Source: Vicugna vicugna (lineage: Eukaryota). Taken from it: a stretch of DNA of 64,000 nucleotides. The position numbers were made by a program, and so were the translations under genes. Below the pieces are notes generated by a model, which had not been told where the DNA came from, searched no databases, and saw only the letters and a list, made by a program, of their open reading frames with translations. This document shows, in pieces, positions 51,800 to 64,000 of the stretch; within the stretch, counting starts at the first letter, position 1; each line of letters begins with the position of its first letter. The DNA lies in assembly GCA_013265495.1 (NCBI GenBank), contig MU058769.1, positions 768,477 through 832,476 on the forward strand, in the 5' to 3' direction.

Positions 51800-52900
51800 C
51801 CACTCCCCTCCCTCTACCGTCCCCCGGGCTGGCACACGCGCCCCCGCCTCTGGGGACACCTGCTCGTGCGGGGCAGGGCGGGGATGCGCAGCCGCGGCCA
51901 CTTCTCCTCCTTTCCCCCTCCCCGCCCCGCCCCTCCCTCCATCCCTCACCGGCTCCCCGGCTCCCGCCCCGCCCGCCCCGCCAGATGGGGGGCGGCCCCG
52001 CCGCAGGAGGACCGGGGCGCGTAACCCCGGGGGCCCGGCCCGCTCCGGACCCGGACCCGCGGGGCGCGGCACCCTAAGCCCCCATCCCCGCCCCCTGCCC
52101 CGACCATGGCTGCCCGCCCCGCCGCCCCCGGGCCGCCAGCCCTCTCGGCCCCGCAAGCCCCGGAGCTCCGGCGGTGGCAGCAGTGAACGGCTCTTGCAGG
52201 CCCCGAAGACCCCGTCTGGGCTTGGCTCTCCAGCGCGCGACCCCTTCCCGGCCTTGTCCTCTCCCTTCCCCCCGCCTCCCGAGAGCTCCCCTTGCACGCC
52301 GCCCCCTGCCCCCCGGCGCCCGGACGATGCTCAAGTCTCGGCTCCGCATGTTCCTGAACGAGCTGAAGCTGCTGGTGCTGACGGGCGGGGGGCGGCCCCG
52401 GGCCGAGCCGCAGCCCCGGGGGGGCGGGGGAGGCGGCTGCGGCTGGGCGCCCTTCGCCGGCTGCTCGACCCGGGACGGCGACGGCGACGAAGAGGAGTAC
52501 TACGGGTCGGAGCCGCGGGTCCGGGGCCTGGCCGGCGACAAGGAGCCGCGGGCCGGACCCCCGCCGCCGCCCGCGCCGCCGCTGCCGCCCCCGGGCGCCC
52601 TGGACGCCCTGTCGCTCAGCAGCTCCCTGGACAGCGGGCTCCGAACTCCCCAGTGCAGAATCTGCTTCCAGGGACCGGAGCAGGTCAGGCCTGGGCACCC
52701 GGCGGGGCGGGGAGGGGTGGGGGCGCGCACCTGGGGCGCCCGGGGAGACCAGGAACAGGGGGCGGGGCCTGAGAAGGCTGGGCGGGACCCAGGACCCGGG
52801 GTGGAAATAGGGTGAGGTTGGGGGGCTTGTCTGGAGACTCCCGGCGGGTAGGTTTGGGCTGGAGGGGGATCGGGGTCCCCAGGAAGGGGTGCGGCTTTCT
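51800..52900. promoter_or_regulatory. MARCHF9 CpG island / promoter
   Basis: Very GC- and CpG-rich with GC boxes, spanning exon 1. Confidence 0.8.
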
Positions 52901-55365
52901 CCTGGGAGGGCTCAAAATCCCTCTCACCCCTTAACCGGGACAGTCTTTCTCCCCGCTTCTCTCACCCCAGGGTCTCTGTAACCTGAGAGGGCCTATTCTC
53001 TAGGAGATGGGCAGAGAAGAGAATGCTTCTGTTCCCACCTTGAAGGGAGGGGCCCAGCCGCCGCTCTCGCCTTACTCAGTATTCCTCTCCGTGGGGCACT
53101 TTTCTTCACTTCGCATTCCACAACTTTCTTTCTCATTCCAAAGAGTATTCTTTGTTTAAATGTTATGGACAAAGTTGTCCCGAGATAGTGCCAGGGGGAT
53201 GTTTCTGTGTCGTGAGAAATTACTCTTTGATTAAAGGGGAACACCCTCCACTCCCAACCATAGGATTTTCCCACCTTTTGGGAACCAGTCTGCACCACGT
53301 CTGTGAAATACTTTACAGTGACGGAGTGGGTTGGGAAGGCATGGCTCAGAAGCTCTGACCCTCCCCATCTGTCTCTCCAGATCCTAAGGGGTAGCCTTCT
53401 GTTTGGGAGGTCTTAAAGAGGAGCCTCCCCCAAATTCTAGGAACAGAGAAGACCCAGTACTCCCCAGCAACCCCCCACCCCCTGTCCCTTTACATCTTTC
53501 TTCTATTTGGTCAAGGAAGTTTACGTTGAGCTCTGAATTTTTTCTTTTAGGCTGTAACAGCCTTAGACTCTTGCCCTGTCTTGGTTGAAAGGCCCCAGGT
53601 TTTGTTTTGTTTTTGTTTTTGTTTTTAAGGTAGGAGGCTGACCTAGAGAGGAAGTTTCCCTCTCCCCAGAATCGAGAGGAGTGGGTTCGGGTGGCGACAG
53701 CTGACAGGGACTCTCCTCACTCTTCTTCCAGGGGGAGCTCCTGAGCCCCTGCCGCTGTGACGGCTCAGTGCGGTGCACACACCAGCCCTGCCTCATCCGC
53801 TGGATCAGCGAGAGGGGCTCCTGGAGCTGTGAGCTCTGCTACTTCAAGTACCAGGTCCTGGCGATCAGCACCAAGAACCCCCTGCAGGTGAGGTGCAGTG
53901 GGAGAACTCTGAGACTGGGGCAAGACCCTTCAGCAATCAGAATCAGGGACCCTCCAGGGAGCCTATTTCATGTATTTACTCTTGCTTCAAAGTCACTCTC
54001 CCTACCATTACCATAATCTCCTGTCTGTCTGTAAATCCTCCCTTCCTTTATTTGTTCACAAAGACATTCATTGGGTGCCACCTGTGTTCCAGGCACTAGG
54101 ACAACAAAAGAGCAAAAGTGGTAGTGCCGCTGCTACTGTGTATAACAAACATGTAGAGTTTTCTATGTGTCAGGCTCTTGGTGTGTATTAGCTCTTGTAA
54201 TCTCCATAACAATCTTAACAGTTATGTACCATTATTATCCCCATTTTAAAGATAAGGACATTGATACACAAAGAGATTCAAAAACTTGCCCAAAGTTAGT
54301 CAGTAAGTGAAAAAGTAAGGATTTGGAATCCCAAGCTAGATGGTGGCTTCAGAGCACTTGCCTGATCCTGCCTTCCTAAAGTAAGACAGAAAGTGATCTC
54401 AAACAGTGTGAGAAGTGCCGCATTCTAAGTTTGATCAAGGCACAGTGAAGACAGATTGTCAATCCTGCCTGAAGGGTTTCAGGAAGGCTCCTGGAGCATC
54501 CTCCTATTCAAGGTCACCCATAACCTGGCCCTCCATCTCTTTCTGTGACTTTCTGGAACCTTGTCTCCCACACAGTGGCAGGCCATCTCTCTGACGGTCA
54601 TTGAGAAGGTCCAGATTGCAGCCATAGTCCTGGGCTCTCTGTTCCTCGTTGCCAGCATCTCCTGGCTCATCTGGTCTTCACTCAGCCCTTCAGCCAAGTG
54701 GCAACGGCAAGATCTGCTCTTTCAGATCTGCTACGGCATGTACGGCTTCATGGATGTCGTCTGCATAGGTGAGGGTATCTCTCTCCCCCTTACCTGCTCA
54801 GCATCTTCCTCCAACTCACACACCTAACTTTCCCTACCCATTCCTTCAGTTTCATGGCCGCACGTTCTCCCACTGAGAGCCTTTAGGGCTATCTTGGTGC
54901 CCCTCCTTTCCCTGCTTCTTTAGGCCCTTTGCAACCCTCTCCCCTCGCCCTGGAGAAATGCTTTCTTGAAAGTACCTCTGGCCTAGGTCTGGGCAGCAGT
55001 TGACCCTGAATTTCTTATTCCTCTGCTCAGGCCTGATCGTCCACGAAGGCTCCTCTGTCTACCGTATCTTCAAGCGTTGGCAGGCAGTGAACCAGCAGTG
55101 GAAGGTCCTGAATTATGACAAAACCAAGGACATAGGAGGAGATGCAGGGGGAGGGACGGCAGGGAAGCCGGGCCCCAGGACCTCACGGACGGGCCCCCCC
55201 TCTGGGGCCACCAGCCGCCCCCCGGCTGCCCAGCGCATGCGGACGCTCTTGCCTCAGCGCTGTGGTTACACAATCCTGCATCTCCTTGGACAGCTGCGGC
55301 CACCAGATGCCCGTTCCAGTTCCCATTCTGGCCGCGAGGTTGTCATGAGGGTCACTACGGTCTGA
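52327..55365 (+). CDS. MARCHF9: E3 ubiquitin ligase MARCHF9 (RING-CH, two TM segments), 346 aa
   Basis: Exons 52327-52683, 53732-53887, 54576-54768, 55031-55365 (1041 nt). Starts [67 protein letters not shown]-terminal RVTTV. Confidence 0.97.
54140..54345 (-). mobile_element. MIR in MARCHF9 intron 2
   Basis: ATTATTATCCCCATTTTAAAGATAAGG...ACTTGCCCAAAG. Confidence 0.7.
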
Positions 55366-58300
55366 AGTGAACTCCAGGAGCAGGGATCTTGAGTCAGTGC
55401 ATCGGCCAGGGATACGCTGTCATGGCTGCTGGAGGTACCACCTGGACAAGGTGTTTTGGGCTCACAGCCCTCACTGCTGAGGATCTCTGTGGGCAGCCTC
55501 AAGCTGGAGACATTGGCCTCTACTGCCCACTGGGTAGAGACACCTGGATGAAATTCCAGCCCCCACTGACAGCTCCTCACACTCATCCTGGGGCAGCCAG
55601 TGGGCTGTGGGGAGAGCATCTTTTCTTCCCGTGAGAACCGTCCTTACCTCAGCTCCTAGGGCCTCCAGGCCCCCAGCTCCACCACGGTGACTTGGTGAAG
55701 GGGGACCAATGCCAGAAGAAAGGGGCTGTAGACCCCCCATCCCCCACTCTATGGCCACAGGGCAGCTGGCAATAAGACTAATATACATTGACCTCCCGTT
55801 CCCTGCATGAGGGCGGGGGTACTTCCCCCTGCTCCGCCCCCCATTGCATTGGGGGAGGGCATAAAGAATCATTTATATGCACATGGAGACTCCTTTCTCA
55901 TCTGGGGCTTTGCTGTAGGGTTGGGAGGTGTGGGGAGGTTTCTCTGCAGAGTTTGCAAATCCCAAATGCAGCAGTGGGTTCTGAGTTGGAGGTGTAACTC
56001 ACACTTGGTGGTGAATAATTCACATTGGCTGCTAGGTGGCAGTGCTCAGAGATATCTGAGGGGTGGACCTGACACCTGCGTGTTGTGTGATTTAGAAACA
56101 AATCTCTCCACCGTGGTTTTCCTGTCTACCTCATAGGGTTGGATTGAGGATAAATGAGGGACAGGTTGAATGCCATTGCAAAGAAAACCAGTGATGGCAT
56201 AAAAAAGATTTCTATACTAGTTGATGGTCCATTTATTTCAAATAGCTGGTTAACAAATTCCAAAATGTGTTTTTCATTTGGAGTTGCACAGAGTCTTGGA
56301 AATTTGTGTTGAGTGTCATAATAGATATGGAAAATATGAAGGGAAATAGACATTGCAAATGTGAAGGAGAGTGGTTATTTGCAAGAATGAGAGCTCCTCC
56401 AGCCCCCTAAACTTTTGGGGCTGGGGAAAGCTGGAGCTACCTTTCTTGCTCTGGGGATCTTGTGGATTCTCTTAATCCCTACTAGGTAACGTGTTCTGGA
56501 GTAGTGATATGAAGTGAATTTGGACTTATTTAGAATGAGACAGACAGAATCTCCCAGGGTTATGAGACTCCAACTCCAGTTTAAGCTACTCCTATGGCAG
56601 TTCAGGGTCACAGGTCTGATCCTGGTGTGACCAAGCTAGGGATATTAACTGGAAAATATTGTCCTTGGAGGCAACAGCATTTAGAGCTGTTGTTTATAGA
56701 GAAAAGGTTTGAGAAGGACTGGTTAAAATGTCAGCCTAAAACCTGGTGCCTTTCTCCTGAGGCCTTGGGGCTATGTATTATATGAATGATGGCGTCTTTT
56801 ACGTGAACTATTCATTAGTAATTAAAATTATTACTTCATAACATTGCTAAAATCAGATCCAGAGGCCTTTCCTATTATTGTTCCTTCTCTTAGGGAAGGG
56901 TCTGCTCTTCCTCCTCCCTGGGGATATTTTGAGGACAATGCTTCTCTATTAACAGTCACACATCCTTGCCCAGGAAATGGTCTTCCTCTGCCCCTGGCCA
57001 AAAGAGGGTCTCAGCCGCTGTCCATGGTGCTGGCACCCAGACTCGCCTGGGAATATAGGAACCAAATCTGTACTTGGGTTTGAGTTACCACTAAGTGTTA
57101 AAGTGCATCAGTTTCAACCTCAAAGGGGATCAAAGTGGAGAGAGCATGAGGCTGAGCCCCCTACTTTTCCATGGAAAACTGGTTCCCCAGAGAGATAACC
57201 TTCCCCATCCCCACATGGAGAGACAGAAAGGCCAGACTTCACTGATTTGCAATTCACAGAATAGCTGATGGGGACCAGAAGGGAGAGAGCAAATCCAAGT
57301 GACTAGTAATACCTATCCTGGCAGATAAGATTTAGATAGATATGACACAGGCAGGGTTTCCTGTGCCAAGTCTGGGCTGTCCCCCATGATGGCCCCACAT
57401 AGAGGCTTAGACATACTCAAGGTCCTAGGCACACTTGCACACAAACACATGATCTTCATTTCTACTCTGTGTCCTAGAACCAGGCCAAGTGAGACAGTAC
57501 AGCCCCCCTCCCCTTCAGAGCCATTGGAGGTCTTGGTATGGAGGTTGTGACAGCCAAGGTCCTCTCTCCTTCCCCTTTTCCACCTTTAAGGGATTCTTGT
57601 CCAGGAAAGGGGGTCACAGGAACTGCAGCCCTCCTCCAGTGAGCAGTCCTACTTGCCCAGTGAGGAATGCGGGTAAGCAAAATTCTCACCACTGATTCCC
57701 GGGGAAAGGGTCTGAGAGGAAGCTGGGCTTTACTCTCTCTCAAAGCTCAGAACTGCTAAAAAAATCAGGTCACTTAGGTTCAAGGTGAGTTTAGTGATAG
57801 GGGAGTGGGGTGGAGACTGAGAATCTAGCAGAGAAGGAGTTGAGAGTAGGGGCAATAAAAGCATGCAAACCTTGGTCCCTGCATAAATAGATACCCCAGA
57901 AGGCTAGTGGCTAATGGAGTTTCTGTGGTCAGGGAGCCATGTCTAGGGCAGGGGCTGAGGTGGCGGGAGGAGGAGGAAGTGTGAAGTGAAATCCCCATCT
58001 CTACCCACTAATTGGAATGGAGGGAAGCAGACAGAAGGGGGCAAGTCCTGACATGGGGAGGGTAATCTAGGCTACAAGGGAGCTGCGGGGAGTGTGCTGA
58101 GAGATTTATTGGTATGGAAGATGAGTTAATCTATATACATCACACGGGGAGAACTGAGCCCAGCCTCTGGGGGGCCAGAGAGTGCTGACTCAGGGAAACA
58201 GGCTCCCGCTGCCCACCTCTCTTCTGCCTTGGTGCTCCAGGGCTTCTGGCCACCCCCACACTTAGCTTTCATCCTGTCTGTCTGATTCCACCTCTCTGCC

Positions 58301-58746
58301 TGTATCCCTGCCTTCCTCTGAAGGAAATTAGTTGAAACAACTTTTGCAGAGAGGGCAGAGTGGCATCCTTCAGTCCTGGCAGTCCAGGTTCTAAAAGCAC
58401 TCTCCTATTGAAGGCTCAGCCACCTCTGGCCAGCTCTGCAAAACCTAGCTCCCCCACCGTTTTTACAGCCTAGTCCTGGCAGTTACTTTTCACCACCACC
58501 CCCTTAGTCTCTTACAGGGAGCCAGACTTGGCTGTTCCCACTACAGACAGAAGCATGTCTGGGTTTGTGATGCAAACCATTCTTCCATGAGTGTAGACCT
58601 CTCATCATTATGGAGGTCACTGTCAGGACCTGAGAAACCAAGGTGGAGGATTTGGATGAGGGTCTTGCCTCCAGGTCTTATAGGAAGTGAGAGTGAGAGT
58701 GGGAAAGAAGTAAGTCAGAAGTCAAGGATGGAACATTCAAACTATT

Positions 58747-58752
58747 TTTAAT
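58747..58752 (-). terminator. Candidate CYP27B1 polyadenylation signal ATTAAA (AATAAA also at 58105-58110)
   Basis: Hexamer ~770 nt after the stop in an AT-rich patch. Confidence 0.5.
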
Positions 58753-59521
58753 GTAAAAATTGAATACTTAAAAACTTCAATACATAAAAAGAAGGCTTGG
58801 GCAGGGACAGATCCAAAGATGTCTCTGCTTAGGACTCAAGTGGGGCAAGCCAACCTCATAGTGACCAGAGAGCCAAGGAGAGTTTTTAAGAAATCATAAA
58901 GCAGGCAGGGGTAGACTCACCTTCCTAGGGGCAAGATGGGAAGGGAGTGGGGAAGACAGAGCCTGGTAAGCTGCTTATCCCTTCTGCCACATGGTCCACA
59001 TACAATCTGAGAACTTGTATGGTGTCACCCAGTCAGGGAGAGGTGCTGGCAGCGGATATAAGACATAATAAGTCTTCATCCTTCCTCTCAAAGAGCTCAC
59101 ATGCCAGAAGTGAGGATCAACTAGCTGCAGACCCAATGCAGTTACTTAGCTCATGCCATGACCAGGGCTTAGCCAGCAGCAGCAGTTGAACACCGAATTC
59201 CTGAAGGGGCAGTGGCTGAATTCTTCCTCAGGCCACCCAGCATTATTAGTTAAAATATGAGCTGGCCCTTGGAGGAAACCCATGATATGACCAGAAGGGC
59301 TAAGCAGGCAAATGGACCATGGTTTTCTCTGGGCCTGCTGGTTCAGGCCCAGTGCGTGCTTGACGCCTTGGTCAGGCTGCTTCTTAGCACTTTGCTATGG
59401 TCATTCTAACCAGTTGGGTCAGACAGACAGGCCTCAGGGGTAATACACATCTTTTGGTCTTGTGCCTAATAAACCCCTATGATGAAAGAAACAGTGATAA
59501 TGACAGCCTCCTTCCACAAGA

Positions 59522-63491
<3,970 letters not shown>

Positions 63492-63549
63492 GGTCTCCCT
63501 CGGGAAACCGCGAAAGCGCGCTTCTCCGGAGCATCTTGCCTGCTTGACT

Positions 63550-63685
63550 GAGCCCCTATTTTAACCCTTGGGCATAGTGGCGACGCCCCCTTTTCAAGCT
63601 GCTCAGCCAATCCCCTCTCCTTAGTGGTCCGTGCTGGGGATTAGCACCCAGGAACAGTAGGCGGAGCCAGAGCTGCCAATGCGGC
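63550..63685 (-). promoter_or_regulatory. CYP27B1 proximal promoter
   Basis: TATA-like TTAAAATA (63564-63557) ~70 nt upstream of the ATG; CCAAT boxes at 63607 and 63676. Confidence 0.55.
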
Positions 63686-64000
63686 TCCCTTGGGTGTCAT
63701 GTTGCAACGACCCCCTTGGGAGGGGAGGATTGCCTCAGTTTCCCCTTCTGGGCTGGTGCCCCAGTCCAGCAGCCTAAAGATCTCTTCCTGGGAAAGGCTA
63801 TTTGGTGAGGCTTAGGTGACCAAGATACAGAGTGGGTCCCTGGCATTCGCACCGCTTCCCCAGGAGCTCAGCCCCCTGGGGCCCATCCTCAGGAATTCCC
63901 CATCCGCCAGCTCCTCAGGGAGGGAGGCAGGGAAGGAAGCTATAGCTGTCCTCTGACTCCTGGCTCGTCTGGCCGCACCTTTTCTGTGTGTGAGCAGAAT

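Noticed and set aside
51777..52772. 331-aa and 250-aa ORFs over the MARCHF9 CpG island
   Set aside because: Pro/Arg/Gly-rich artefacts of high GC with non-ATG starts.

Overview
Mammalian genomic DNA from the conserved gene-dense block orthologous to human 12q13.3-q14.1. In order: the 3' part of OS9 (+; its long repeat-filled intron, then exons 6-15), AGAP2/PIKE (-; complete, two alternative first exons), TSPAN31 (+), CDK4 (-), MARCHF9 (+) and CYP27B1 (-). I traced every coding exon to GT-AG boundaries. The five complete genes give intact frames of 1192, 210, 303, 346 and 508 aa. Four copies of a tRNA-derived SINE resembling camelid Vic-1 suggest a camelid source (inference). I found no new multi-gene system; most of the ORF track is spurious or decayed L1. 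The most interesting observations are small in scale: a SINE that appears to have duplicated the last splice acceptor of CYP27B1; an orphan polyadenylated retro-insert inside an L1; a distant-branch-point cassette exon in AGAP2; stop/start-overlapping uORFs before PIKE-L; a U12-like intron in TSPAN31; and clustered ETS/kB, E-box, RFX and CTCF motifs. Repeat boundaries are approximate, and comparisons with human come from memory, not from an alignment.
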